Of a stretch of 64,000 nucleotides of DNA, positions 10,137 through 20,247 are shown piece after piece. Under the pieces are notes generated by a model that was not told where the DNA came from, did no database searches, and saw nothing but the letters and a program-made list of their open reading frames with translations. Positions within the stretch are counted from its first letter, which is position 1; every line of letters begins with the position of its first letter. Made by a program: the position numbers and the translations under genes. The DNA lies in the IMG/VR virus record IMGVR_UViG_3300012662_000009, positions 32,001-96,000 of that record. One strand, 5' to 3'. Origin of the DNA: a virus. Lineage: Duplodnaviria > Caudoviricetes.

Positions 10137-10685
10137 ATGACTATCATAGGCATTGACCCTTCTATTAATAGCACAGGCCTGTGTGTTAAAAAAGATAATA
10201 AAATAAAATACTATATAATACCTTCGAAGATGACAAAGAAAATGAAGGAATTTAATAATAAGTATATACAAATACTTCCTTATGAAAAATATGATATAAC
10301 AGGGCAAGAATATGTCGAAAAAGAATTTTCAAAGACCAATAATATATATAACATTTGTTTAATAATAGAATCCCTTATAAAAAAACATAAACCGGATATG
10401 ATTATTATGGAGGGTGTAGCGTATTCTTCTAATGGGTCAGTGGTTGATCTTGCGGGACTTAATTATTGTATCAGGATAACTTCTATGAAACATAACATAC
10501 CTTTTAAGATAGTTTCTCCTACTTCTGTTAAGAAATTTGCTGTGGCCAATGGACAGGCTACTAAAGATATTATTATAGACGCTTGGAAGAAATTAGATAA
10601 AAATATAAGAGATATTAGAGATATTAAAATAGATGATCTCGCGGATGCTTATTTTATAGCTAATTATCAAGACCTTGAAACATGA
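10137..10685 (+). CDS. ruvC: RuvC-like Holliday junction resolvase
   Basis: IIGIDPSINSTG, IMEG, PTSVKKFAVANGQATK, DDLADAY. Confidence 0.85.
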   Translation: MTIIGIDPSINSTGLCVKKDNKIKYYIIPSKMTKKMKEFNNKYIQILPYEKYDITGQEYVEKEFSKTNNIYNICLIIESLIKKHKPDMIIMEGVAYSSNGSVVDLAGLNYCIRITSMKHNIPFKIVSPTSVKKFAVANGQATKDIIIDAWKKLDKNIRDIRDIKIDDLADAYFIANYQDLET

Positions 10686-10722
10686 TATAAAAAGATTATT
10701 TTTTAATTAAGAAATTAATCTA

Positions 10723-11598
10723 ATGGAACAAGTTTTACAATCGGTCATCGCCCAGTGGGGTGTCTTCGGAGTGGTTTTAGCAGCCGCCGGATATATTATA
10801 TATGATAATATCAAGAATAGTAGCAAAAAAACAAATATATCAAATAAATTAGAAAATATATCAGATGACTTGTTGAACCTCAAGACTGACCTTCCGACGG
10901 TACAATCCAAATTAGAATATGTTGAGAAGAAAATTTCTTTGATAAGCAACAATTTCGAAGATAAACTTAAGCTCCATGTAGATAATTTATCAACCCGTAT
11001 AGATGATCTTGAGGATAAAGTTAATGAACAGCCCAATAATATTATATCATCACTTAATAAGAGAGACAATGAAATAGTTAAAAAGCACAATGAACAGATG
11101 CTTTCAAGAATTACTTTGGCACCTAAGATATATAAATCTATGAATGATTATATTGATAGAATTGGGTGTAATCATATATTTATAGGGTTGTTTCATAACG
11201 GAACTTCTTCAATATCAGGTGTGCCTTTCTATAAATTTGATATAATAGCAGAAAAATTCGACCCCACCAAAATTAAACATGATGTAGAATTTGCTCATAT
11301 GTATAAAGACATAGATATATTACGTCATGGTAATTTACCTATAGAACTTGTACAGAATAATAGTTTGTATTATGTTATCGATGCTGATAAAAAATCTGAT
11401 TTAGAGGATATAGATGAAATTTTATATCACAGAATGTGTGGCAGAGATATAAAACAATTAGCTATACACCTCTTACGAGATGATAATGGTATTCCTTTAG
11501 GATTTGTGGGGTGCATAAAATATGATTATATAAATTTAGATTTACAGGAGCTCAAAAAATGCGCTAAAGAATTAGAAAATATTTATATTGATAATTGA
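10723..11598 (+). CDS. Putative holin-like membrane protein (TM, coiled coil, GAF-like C-terminal domain)
   Basis: N-terminal TM (WGVFGVVLAAAGYIIY), a coiled coil, then FHNG...GVPFYKF and GFVG motifs. The topology resembles T4 holin T. Confidence 0.45.
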   Translation: MEQVLQSVIAQWGVFGVVLAAAGYIIYDNIKNSSKKTNISNKLENISDDLLNLKTDLPTVQSKLEYVEKKISLISNNFEDKLKLHVDNLSTRIDDLEDKVNEQPNNIISSLNKRDNEIVKKHNEQMLSRITLAPKIYKSMNDYIDRIGCNHIFIGLFHNGTSSISGVPFYKFDIIAEKFDPTKIKHDVEFAHMYKDIDILRHGNLPIELVQNNSLYYVIDADKKSDLEDIDEILYHRMCGRDIKQLAIHLLRDDNGIPLGFVGCIKYDYINLDLQELKKCAKELENIYIDN

Positions 11599-11623
11599 TA
11601 GTGTTATTATTAAAGAAAATATT

Positions 11624-11947
11624 ATGTACACTAAAAGCAAAATACAACAAGTTCTTGAATCTGTACAGGTTAAGAATAACCTTAAAGAAGGATTGAAGAA
11701 TCTTATGGATAAGTATAATATAGAAGATTCTGTATTTACAATTTATAATAACAATATTGTAGAGGTTACAAAGGGTTATTGTGTTCTTAAAGAAGAATTT
11801 AATAATCTTGATGAGGCTATTTCTAAAGGAAATATAATTCGAGTTATAAATAACTCTAAATTTTATGTCGTAGAACATTACAATAATCTTTCCGACTGTC
11901 CTAAAGAATCCCAAATATTTGATATAGAACAACTTAAATGTGTATAA
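11624..11947 (+). CDS. Hypothetical protein
   Basis: ORF 11588..11947; ATG at 11624 preferred as start. Confidence 0.6.
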   Translation: MYTKSKIQQVLESVQVKNNLKEGLKNLMDKYNIEDSVFTIYNNNIVEVTKGYCVLKEEFNNLDEAISKGNIIRVINNSKFYVVEHYNNLSDCPKESQIFDIEQLKCV

Positions 11948-12273
11948 TGATAGATTTGGATGCTTGCCTTAAAGAATCTGGTATAGTCAAAAAAGATATA
12001 TATATAAAAACTTTTGAAGAAACTGATCAAATAGCAAGAAAAGTTTCTAATGGGGAATTATATAATATAACTTTTGAGAAATCATCACTGAAATCGCGAT
12101 TCTTTATGATATTAAAAGAGCGTAGAAATGATCTATATATAATTAATTGTGATGCTAATAAATCTCGATTGAAGGAAGATATAGAAAATTCTTATGGTCT
12201 TATAATATATGATAATATAACTAAAGCACCCTACAAATCTTTATATTATTTAAATAAAACAACAATATGTTAA
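11947..12273 (+). CDS. Hypothetical protein
   Basis: Start overlaps the upstream stop (TAATG). Confidence 0.6.
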   Translation: MIDLDACLKESGIVKKDIYIKTFEETDQIARKVSNGELYNITFEKSSLKSRFFMILKERRNDLYIINCDANKSRLKEDIENSYGLIIYDNITKAPYKSLYYLNKTTIC

Positions 12274-12581
12274 AATCGGCCCTACCAAAGTTGCAAGGGG
12301 ACATTGAAAAGATTCTTATAGATAGTTTATATGAAGCTCAGATGTCAGTTTTTAAGGCTAATGGATCAGAACCCGTTATAGATACTTATTGCAATACAAC
12401 ATTACAAGAATCTGCTATGAGTTATGCTAAGAAAGCAGCTGAGAAAGCTTCTCAACCTCTTGCAGAAGCTATATATAATTTTGTAATGGAAATAGGTATT
12501 TTAGCTGTGCCAAAATCATTAACTGCTCCGAATGGCCCCGTATCAGGTGTTATAAATATGGTTGATTTTAAGGTTTCTTGA
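12267..12581 (+). CDS. Hypothetical protein, possibly virion/baseplate associated
   Basis: 104 aa, containing LAEAIYNFV...TAPNGPVSG. Confidence 0.55.
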   Translation: MLKSALPKLQGDIEKILIDSLYEAQMSVFKANGSEPVIDTYCNTTLQESAMSYAKKAAEKASQPLAEAIYNFVMEIGILAVPKSLTAPNGPVSGVINMVDFKVS

Positions 12582-12596
12582 AAAATATATTATACA

Positions 12597-13205
12597 ATGG
12601 AAGATAAAAAATGGGAAGATTATGATACTATTAAATGTCCTAATGGACAAATAATAGACATGCAGGCACTCTTAGCAGAGCAACAAAATGCTAAGGTGGC
12701 TCTCATAAGACTTATGCCATGGCTCGGTGGGTTCATAGGTCGTTTAAGATTTGTTTATACGTTCCGAGTTCAAACACAGGCAACTGATGGATATAATCTC
12801 TTTGTAAATCCTCAATTTACTTATAATCTAAATCTCTTACAAAAGACCTTTGTATTAGCTCATGAAGTTATGCATTGTTTATTAAATCACCTAAGACGAG
12901 CACAAGGTCGCGGAGACGATATGAACAGGGCTAATGTGGCAGCTGATTACGAAGCTAATATAACGCTTGCTGATGTCCCACCGTTCTCTGTAAGTATGAT
13001 TAAGGATATGCAAGCGCTTATAGATGAGAAATATCGTAAAATGTCTTATGAGGAAATTTATGATAAAGTGTCCAAAAGTAATGATTCTCAGCAAAATCAA
13101 CAAGGTGAAAAAGATGCTCAAAAGAACAATAGATACTCTTCTGATTATAAAGCTGGTTGGAATCAAGCTATGAAAGATTATAAAGAGGGTAAAATAAGTG
13201 TTTGA
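12597..13205 (+). CDS. DUF2201 N-terminal putative metallopeptidase domain
   Basis: TQATDG...NPQF...FVLAHEVMH...ANVAADYEAN (HEXXH motif). Confidence 0.85.
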   Translation: MEDKKWEDYDTIKCPNGQIIDMQALLAEQQNAKVALIRLMPWLGGFIGRLRFVYTFRVQTQATDGYNLFVNPQFTYNLNLLQKTFVLAHEVMHCLLNHLRRAQGRGDDMNRANVAADYEANITLADVPPFSVSMIKDMQALIDEKYRKMSYEEIYDKVSKSNDSQQNQQGEKDAQKNNRYSSDYKAGWNQAMKDYKEGKISV

Positions 13206-13207
13206 TT

Positions 13208-14269
13208 ATGGACAAGAAAGAATATGATAAAGGATATAAAGAAGCCATAGAAGCTATTAAAGCTGCTCTTAAAGGTACTCCTAACAGCCAAGGTCAAGGA
13301 AAGCAATTAGACCCTGATATGGAAATGCCTCCGCAGCAACCTAATAACAATCAACAGAATCAACCGGGATCTTCAGGAGAATCTAAAAGTTCTTCTCAAG
13401 ATCAACAAGGATCCTCGACAAATTCTAAAAACCAAGGAGTTGTACAACCAGAAGATTGCATAGGTCCTGATCAACTCAATAAAGTCCCTGCTAAAGAAGG
13501 TGCTATGATTGATAAAGGTACTGGTGATAAAATAGCTGAGCAGGAAGGATATGCTAAAGAAGGTGGAGGTCAAGACGCTGTTGAAAGAGAATGGAAAGAT
13601 GCTGCTATAAAAGCTGCCTCAAAAATGAAAGGTGATGCTATGGGTAATCTTAAATCAAAAATTTTAGGTGCTTATAGGACATCTACCGACTGGAAAAAAG
13701 AATTGAGGACTATAGTAGGTCATTCAATATCCCCTGAAGACAAAAGGCAAGCGTATGCTAATAAAAATATTTTAATATCTCAAGATCGCATTGCCAGAAC
13801 TGATAAAGATAAATATGATAATGTGGATTATATCATGGTGTGGATAGACTCCTCAGGTTCTATGTCTGATGATCAATTAAGATTGTGTTTATCAGAAGTT
13901 TATACAATGGCTCTTAAGAAAAAACCCTTAAAAGTAATAACTGTACAGTGTGATACCAAGATCCAAGAAATCAAAGAATATAGAACTCTCAGGGAAATGC
14001 AAAGAGATTTCAAACAAGCAACTGTAAAAGGCCGTGGTGGTACAGAATTAAAACCTTGCTGGGATTTATTAAAAAATGATCCAAGATATAAAAGAATCAA
14101 ACCCGAGCTTGTAATGATCTTTACAGATGGCTATTTAGATCAATATAAGAGAGATCCCAGAAACATGAAGAATCTTTGTTGGGTTATTATTGATAATCCA
14201 GGATTTAATTTAGAATATAAAGATATGAACACTAAGGTAATTTATTTAAACTCTGAAGATGTAAAATAA
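13208..14269 (+). CDS. VWA-like domain protein (DUF2201 C-terminal half)
   Basis: Q/S-rich linker, TDWKKELR, MIDAS motif DSSGSMS, QCDT, GRGGT, IFTDGY. Confidence 0.85.
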   Translation: MDKKEYDKGYKEAIEAIKAALKGTPNSQGQGKQLDPDMEMPPQQPNNNQQNQPGSSGESKSSSQDQQGSSTNSKNQGVVQPEDCIGPDQLNKVPAKEGAMIDKGTGDKIAEQEGYAKEGGGQDAVEREWKDAAIKAASKMKGDAMGNLKSKILGAYRTSTDWKKELRTIVGHSISPEDKRQAYANKNILISQDRIARTDKDKYDNVDYIMVWIDSSGSMSDDQLRLCLSEVYTMALKKKPLKVITVQCDTKIQEIKEYRTLREMQRDFKQATVKGRGGTELKPCWDLLKNDPRYKRIKPELVMIFTDGYLDQYKRDPRNMKNLCWVIIDNPGFNLEYKDMNTKVIYLNSEDVK

Positions 14270-14276
14270 TATATAT

Positions 14277-14840
14277 ATGAAAAATCTGAAAAATTCAATC
14301 TTAGAATCCTTAAATAACAAAACGAGGAGAATCAATGAGAGTGTTAATAAAAACAGTATTTTAGGAAAGCTCGAGTCTGATATTAATAAAGCTGTTTATG
14401 ATGAATCCATAGATCCGGATGATGCGATGGATCAGATCAATACAACTATTTATAAATTACAAAAAGTCTTTGAGAAGATGCGTAGAAAGACTGAGAATGA
14501 TGCTGTTATTGAGAATATTTATAAACAAGACATCGCAAACGAAGATGATGTAAAATATTATAAAAGTATCACCGAAATGTTATTAGATGTCATGATAGAT
14601 AATATTGAGTTGATTGATATTGATCTTGAAGAGCCCTTTGACAATGCATTACAATTTTATTTATATGAAGATAAAGAATTTTTAGAATCAGCTGAATTAG
14701 AAAATTTATGTGATCTTGCCAGCGGTGATGAGATTCTTGGAAGCGGAGCTGAAAAAGGAGATTACCAAAAATATTTTATAAATGCATGGATGCACTTAAA
14801 TGACCTTTGTAAGATAGCTACCGGTAAAGCTCTTCGATAA
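14277..14840 (+). CDS. Hypothetical protein, paralogue family B
   Basis: Starts MKNLKNSILE; C-terminus LNDLCKIATGK. Confidence 0.75.
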   Translation: MKNLKNSILESLNNKTRRINESVNKNSILGKLESDINKAVYDESIDPDDAMDQINTTIYKLQKVFEKMRRKTENDAVIENIYKQDIANEDDVKYYKSITEMLLDVMIDNIELIDIDLEEPFDNALQFYLYEDKEFLESAELENLCDLASGDEILGSGAEKGDYQKYFINAWMHLNDLCKIATGKALR

Positions 14841-14857
14841 TACACTTTTTAAGCACA

Positions 14858-14932
14858 TTTAGAAGCGATTTAACAGACTTTAATAGGCACCGATATAGAT
14901 TTATATATCTGAGCCTATTTTGTTGTGTTAGA
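14858..14932. repeat. Dispersed hairpin element, copy 1
   Basis: Core GATATAGATTTATATATC at 14892-14909 inside an aataggc...gcctatt stem. Confidence 0.9.
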
Positions 14933-14964
14933 GAGTAAATATAAGAGTCAATTCGTAAATAAAA

Positions 14965-14994
14965 AACCTAACTGCTTGAGAAAGTAGTTAGGTT
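14965..14994. terminator. GAGA-loop hairpin terminator, near-identical to 24670-24699
   Basis: aacctaactgctt-gaga-aagtagttaggtt, with an A-run on the left that is a U-tract for the minus strand. Confidence 0.75.
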
Positions 14995-15083
14995 ATAATA
15001 ATAGATGATATACGTGATTGAAACTATCAGTTTCTGTTATGTTTTTATATATTAAATCATATAAGAATATTTAGTTTTTCCTA

Positions 15084-15800
15084 TTATAAAATATTATCTA
15101 ACACTAAAACCTTTTTCTCATTTAATTGAAGTGCGTAAACATTATTATTTCGCATCTTAGTCAGGACATCTCTATATTTATTTACGAATTTCTTGGTTCT
15201 TAACTTCCCATGTTCTTTCGATAATTTTTGACCTAAATCGTTGTAATATAAAGTAATCTGATTTTGATCACTATATTTAGAAAACTTAATTTCAGTTAAT
15301 TGATCAATGTCTTTTACTCCTATCAATACTTCTGTATTAACATTATAAGTAATATTTTTTATATTTTCAGAGTTAATATTGGTCCAGTTATTTAATATTA
15401 AATTTTGAGTCTTATTATTTTGAAACTCTGCTATTCTATTAAATTTGTCTAATGGAATATTTTTTATATCCTTTTGAGATATAACATCATAATAAATGCA
15501 CGTCATGGTCCCTGACGCGGTCAGGGTGTTCATGCATGATTTCTCGTCAAATTTTATAAAACTTGGAGGTTGTTTATAATATTCTATATGATCACAACCA
15601 TGAGATATTTGAAATGATACTATACCTTTATCATCTATAGATAATACTTCTTTAGTTGGAATAGGATAGTAATATAATCTTTTAATAAATTTAACATTCT
15701 CATCAAACCATTCTATGATTGCATCTGTAGGAGTTTTATCAAGTAAATCATCTTCAGAATCGAAAAGCGACTCGTTTATATATTCTTTTATATTTTTCAT
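15084..15800 (-). CDS. Hypothetical protein, hypervariable family A
   Basis: MKNIKEYINESLFDSEDDLLDK...PSFIKFD...SQKD. Confidence 0.8.
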   Translation of the reverse strand: MKNIKEYINESLFDSEDDLLDKTPTDAIIEWFDENVKFIKRLYYYPIPTKEVLSIDDKGIVSFQISHGCDHIEYYKQPPSFIKFDEKSCMNTLTASGTMTCIYYDVISQKDIKNIPLDKFNRIAEFQNNKTQNLILNNWTNINSENIKNITYNVNTEVLIGVKDIDQLTEIKFSKYSDQNQITLYYNDLGQKLSKEHGKLRTKKFVNKYRDVLTKMRNNNVYALQLNEKKVLVLDNIL

Positions 15801-16045
15801 TATTTCTTAGATTTCTTTTCTTTCCATATACCAGTTATAGAAGTAACACCCAAAAGACATGCAGAGATTATTAATACAGTTTCTAATAAACTTTCTGTAA
15901 CTGAATTACCTCCCTCTTTTATGACAAGATATATAATACATGCTAATGCTATGAGCATAGATGACATGCCGGAAACTCTTTTAGCCGACACATCACCCAT
16001 GCCTGATAACATGTTTTTTATGAAATTTATAAGGTTCTTTTTCAT
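15800..16045 (-). CDS. Small two-TM membrane protein (holin-like)
   Basis: 81 aa, SAKR followed by two hydrophobic helices and a basic tail. Confidence 0.55.
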   Translation of the reverse strand: MKKNLINFIKNMLSGMGDVSAKRVSGMSSMLIALACIIYLVIKEGGNSVTESLLETVLIISACLLGVTSITGIWKEKKSKK

Positions 16046-17682
16046 ATTATATTAACTTTTTCCATTTCTTTAGTAAGAATATGGGCTTGATTAGGATGAA
16101 CTACATATCCGAGTTTTGAAAGTATGTCTCTGGTTAAGAGAAGATTAGTGGTCTTTTTATCTCTATGATTGACAATAGCCAGGGGAACTTTAACAGCTTT
16201 GCGTAAACCTAAGGTGAGCATAGGAATTTCTATAATAGGTCTTTTATAAGACTTATCACCAGCAATTGCATTCATATCACCTTTTTTATCAAATACTAAG
16301 GTCTTATCATCTATTTTAAAAGTAATTTTCTTACCATCATCTTTATAATCACCCACTTCGAGCGTTGAAGCCTTGGTTGAATTACCAGTATCGAGTTTAG
16401 CCAGGAATTGTTTTGAGACCTCACCAAAATCTAATGTAACAGATTCTATATAACCTGCTATTTTATCTTGTAACATAAATTCTGTAGGGTCATTAAGCTC
16501 ATTTAATAAAACATTGATAAAATTCACCCCTATAACTTCTGAAATACCTGCAGTACCAGGTGAAGCATTTATTTCAAGTACTACATTATCACCTATTTCT
16601 TTATTAGAACCTTTAACTAAAGGCATTATATCGACTGCACACCATGGAAGTTTTGATAATTTAGCTGTTTTAAGTGCTATTTGTTCTTGCTCATGAGTTA
16701 ATTTCACAGGTTCTGCAGAAGCACCTAAGGAAACATTAGAGCGGAAGTCTCCTCCAATCTTAACACGCTTCATGGCAGCTAATATAACTTGTTTTTCTCT
16801 AAGTGTTAAGACATGAACTCTTATATCACCACCATCAGCTTCTTCTTTCTTTTGTATTATAAGTCTTTGTTCAGGATTTACTGCAAAGACTAATTGAAGC
16901 CACGCATATAATCTTTTACCATCTATAACAGCTACTCCCGTACCACCATGACCATTAAGAATTTTTACAACACAATCAAAGTCTTTGTTTTTGTCAGGAT
17001 TTTTAATATCCCATTTAGGGAAAACATCATTCATAGCGTTTTTATAAGACTCCTCATCATAAAGTATTGATTTAGTCATTAATGTAAAACTGGGCTGTGG
17101 TATACCACCTTTCTGAAAAAGTATGGCTGAGTCATATTTATCACAAGCTAAGGCGGAATACTTAACCGGATTAAGGACTAAGAAACCTCGGTCTTGCAAG
17201 AGTTGTACTATATGTTCACATTGATCTTCTCCTTGAACTCCTAAACGAGAAAATATTAAGGTGTCTATATTAGATTCTTCCTTTATATAGATTTCTTCAT
17301 GATCATCCATAATTTTTATACCTGATTCATCTTCATCTGCTTCCATCTTAGCAGCTACAAAAACATGTATTTTAGGTATAATATCGCATTTAGCTTTTTT
17401 AAGGTTTTCTACAGCTTCATAAATATTTTTGAGTGTTTTATTACATTTTGGATCCCTATCATTTGTAAATACTACAATATGCTTAAAAATATTTGTAGGT
17501 GTAGATTTAAGATCGGAATATATAACATCATATTTATTGGAATTTTTAGCATCAGTTAATTCATCATTATCTTTGCTGATTTCTTCCACTTCTTGTTTAT
17601 CTTCTTTTATAAGATTTTTAGGCTTGAGACTATAATATTCCAAAAGTTCCTCAACAGAACCAAAATCTTTATAACTTTTCAC
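16042..17682 (-). CDS. RimK-family ATP-grasp ligase fused to a RimK-associated putative (retropepsin-like) protease
   Basis: ACDKY, VVKILNGHGGTGV, GDIRVHV, FRSNVSLG, AVDI, LEINASPG; C-terminal AKLDTGN. An in-frame GTG at 17682 (MKSYKDF) avoids overlap with the divergent rnh gene. Confidence 0.85.
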   Translation of the reverse strand: MKSYKDFGSVEELLEYYSLKPKNLIKEDKQEVEEISKDNDELTDAKNSNKYDVIYSDLKSTPTNIFKHIVVFTNDRDPKCNKTLKNIYEAVENLKKAKCDIIPKIHVFVAAKMEADEDESGIKIMDDHEEIYIKEESNIDTLIFSRLGVQGEDQCEHIVQLLQDRGFLVLNPVKYSALACDKYDSAILFQKGGIPQPSFTLMTKSILYDEESYKNAMNDVFPKWDIKNPDKNKDFDCVVKILNGHGGTGVAVIDGKRLYAWLQLVFAVNPEQRLIIQKKEEADGGDIRVHVLTLREKQVILAAMKRVKIGGDFRSNVSLGASAEPVKLTHEQEQIALKTAKLSKLPWCAVDIMPLVKGSNKEIGDNVVLEINASPGTAGISEVIGVNFINVLLNELNDPTEFMLQDKIAGYIESVTLDFGEVSKQFLAKLDTGNSTKASTLEVGDYKDDGKKITFKIDDKTLVFDKKGDMNAIAGDKSYKRPIIEIPMLTLGLRKAVKVPLAIVNHRDKKTTNLLLTRDILSKLGYVVHPNQAHILTKEMEKVNII

Positions 17683-17776
17683 TTCAACAGGTTTTCTTAT
17701 ATAATAATAGTTTATGTAGCCTACATAAAGATTATTACAACACCTCATATTTTTATATAAATTACTTTTTGTAAAG

Positions 17777-18850
17777 ATGAACAAATTGACACTTATAGTA
17801 GATTTCAATTGGCTTGCTATATCCCGTATGTCAGTCTTAGCCAAAGACTTTAATCTAAAAAACTCTAAAGAAACTCGACAATGGGCTTATAATAACTTAC
17901 AAGATCTTCTGGCAAGGTCTATAAATGTCATTCTTAATAGATTCCCTATTATAGACAATATTGTTATAGTATCAGACATGGGTTCTTGGAGAAAACGCTT
18001 AAAACAACCTAATATTATTAAAGATACTATATATAAAGGCAATAGAGAGTTCACTTCTGAACTTGATTGGGATCTTATATATAAAGCTTTTAATGACTCG
18101 TTCAATCAATATAAAAAAGCTGGTTTAACCTGCTCCAAATCTTTTGAATGTGAAGGTGATGACTGGGTGTGGTACTGGTCACAAAAACTTAATAAAGATA
18201 ATATAAATTGTCTTATATGGTCTTCAGATAATGATTTGAAACAACTTATAAACAAAAATTCTGATAATAACACTTTCACTGCATGGTATAATGATAAAAA
18301 TGGTTTATGGGTAGATTCTTCTTTTGATAAAGAATTTGATATAATGGACTTTTTCTTACATCCCGAGAATACCCAGCAGATCTTCGACGGGCTTAAAAAC
18401 AAGGTTAAACAAACATCTTATATAAATCCTCAGACTATAGTATTAAACAAGATCTTATGTGGAGATTCAGGTGATAATATTCAAGCGCTTGTAAAATATA
18501 CTAAGAACGGAAGGACTTATAAATTCTCTCAAAAAGATTATGATAATTTAATTAAGGATTTGAATATTAATACTATAAGTGATCTTATAAGTTCTTATGA
18601 AAGAATAGCTGAGTATATTATTAATATGAAAAAATATAGGCCTTACAAATTTATTAAAGAAGATTTAATAGAAATGTTAAAATACAACACTAAACTTGTA
18701 TGGCTAAATAAAGATATTATACCAGAGGATATACAAAATTCTATGTCAAAGAATGATTATATAGAATTTAATATAGATGACATAAGACATAATTATAAGG
18801 TCCTTTTAAAAGAAGATGATAATATACTTAATATATTTGAAGGAATATGA
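17777..18850 (+). CDS. rnh: T4 RNase H-like 5'-3' exonuclease / flap endonuclease
   Basis: LIVDFN, SWRK, YKGNR, EGDD, SSDNDLKQL, GDSGDNI. Confidence 0.88.
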   Translation: MNKLTLIVDFNWLAISRMSVLAKDFNLKNSKETRQWAYNNLQDLLARSINVILNRFPIIDNIVIVSDMGSWRKRLKQPNIIKDTIYKGNREFTSELDWDLIYKAFNDSFNQYKKAGLTCSKSFECEGDDWVWYWSQKLNKDNINCLIWSSDNDLKQLINKNSDNNTFTAWYNDKNGLWVDSSFDKEFDIMDFFLHPENTQQIFDGLKNKVKQTSYINPQTIVLNKILCGDSGDNIQALVKYTKNGRTYKFSQKDYDNLIKDLNINTISDLISSYERIAEYIINMKKYRPYKFIKEDLIEMLKYNTKLVWLNKDIIPEDIQNSMSKNDYIEFNIDDIRHNYKVLLKEDDNILNIFEGI

Positions 18851-19068
18851 CAATAAAACAATTAGAAACATTTCTTAAATTAAAAGGAATCAATCCAGAA
18901 AATATTATAAAGACTAAGCAAGGATATGAATTTGAAATTAATGATGTTTTAATGGCTCATAAATTTCGAGCAGAATTAAATTATAAGGTATTTGAAATAT
19001 CCAATAAAGAATATAAATTCGAGACAATATATATCAAAAAATTTGCCTGTAAGCTTATTAAGAAATAG
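18847..19068 (+). CDS. Hypothetical protein
   Basis: 73 aa, ATGA overlap with rnh. Confidence 0.6.
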   Translation: MTIKQLETFLKLKGINPENIIKTKQGYEFEINDVLMAHKFRAELNYKVFEISNKEYKFETIYIKKFACKLIKK

Positions 19069-19122
19069 TATATATTATATATATTTAATAGACATTAAAC
19101 AAATAAACTAAACAAAAAAATT

Positions 19123-20193
19123 ATGACAGATTTTATTGACGACATCATGGGCTTTGATCCCACAAATCTTGAAGTGTTTCATGAACCGGAAGCTAAACAG
19201 TATGATCAGAATGTTTACAAGACCAATCCTAAAGATTCGAAATCTGATGATGGACATTATCACTGCCGCTTGAAGATCATTTATAATCCTTTTGATATCA
19301 AGCGTTCGATTGTTCAACAGGCAACTTATGCAATGTATGATCAAGACGGGTTCTTTATGGTTCGATCAAAGCTCGGTAATGGAGATAAGGAGTGTCCTAT
19401 TTTCAAGTCTTGGAAGAAACTTTGGTTTTCTGGCGATGAATCTAAGAAAGCTTGGGCTAAAGAAATGTATGACAAAACAGAATCTCAGTGGTGCCTCGTG
19501 CAGATTCTTGAAGATGAAAATAAGCCTGAGCTCGTAGGTCAAATTAAGGTTATGAAACTCCCTAAGGCGATCTTTAATAAGATGAACGCCAAAATGAATC
19601 CTTCACCAGAATCTAAAAAAGCACCTGTTCCGGTTATGGATTATCTCATAGGCCTTCCCCTGGATATGGATGTGGTACCGGGTCCCGATGACCCTAAGGC
19701 ACCCGAGCGTAAACAGCGAGAGATTTCGTATGACATCTGTGATTTTGACACTGAATATGCTCCTATTACAAAAGTTGATGGAACACCTTTCTTCACAGAA
19801 TCGGAGCTGGAGATTATAGATGCTTTTGCAACTGCTAAGGCTGAGCTTGCTAAGGCTAAGACGGATGCCAAGAAAGTAACTGCACAAAAGAAATTGGAAG
19901 AAGTTTATGGGCCTATTAAAGAACTTTATAAGAAGGCTATGGATTATCTTAAAGAAAATTCGTTAAATCTTGTAGACGAATGTGCTTATAAAGAATGGGA
20001 TGAAGCTCTTACTCAACGCGTTAATCGATGGATCTCCACAGTAGCTACTATGAAAGACCCGAAATCTACTATGATTACAGAAACTTCCCATATACCTCTA
20101 ACAGAAACACCTGCAGTTGAAAATACTAATAAAGTTGACCCCACAGATCCCTTTGCAGAAGTTAGTGGTGATGATAATGGATTGCCTTTTTAA
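19123..20193 (+). CDS. gp32: Single-stranded DNA-binding protein, T4 gp32-like
   Basis: ECPIF..WKKLW, VQILEDENKPELVGQIKVMK, SYD..DF, and an acidic tail ending DDNGLPF. Confidence 0.7.
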   Translation: MTDFIDDIMGFDPTNLEVFHEPEAKQYDQNVYKTNPKDSKSDDGHYHCRLKIIYNPFDIKRSIVQQATYAMYDQDGFFMVRSKLGNGDKECPIFKSWKKLWFSGDESKKAWAKEMYDKTESQWCLVQILEDENKPELVGQIKVMKLPKAIFNKMNAKMNPSPESKKAPVPVMDYLIGLPLDMDVVPGPDDPKAPERKQREISYDICDFDTEYAPITKVDGTPFFTESELEIIDAFATAKAELAKAKTDAKKVTAQKKLEEVYGPIKELYKKAMDYLKENSLNLVDECAYKEWDEALTQRVNRWISTVATMKDPKSTMITETSHIPLTETPAVENTNKVDPTDPFAEVSGDDNGLPF

Positions 20194-20218
20194 GAATTAG
20201 AAAATACTATGAAAAAAC

Positions 20219-20247
20219 AAAAAGGACCTTTAATCGGTCCTTTTTTT
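20219..20247. terminator. Intrinsic terminator (bidirectional)
   Basis: aaaaaggacc-tttaatc-ggtccttttttt. Confidence 0.75.

Noticed and set aside
14858-14933. Hairpin elements as integron attC sites (ATTTAAC...GTTAGAG in copy 1)
   Set aside because: Only copy 1 has symmetric AAC/GTT ends. Conservation is highest in the loop, the opposite of attC, and no integrase is visible in the window.
17683-17844. N-terminal 54 aa of the 600-aa RimK ORF
   Set aside because: It overlaps the divergent rnh start and the AT-rich promoter region; GTG at 17682 is more plausible.
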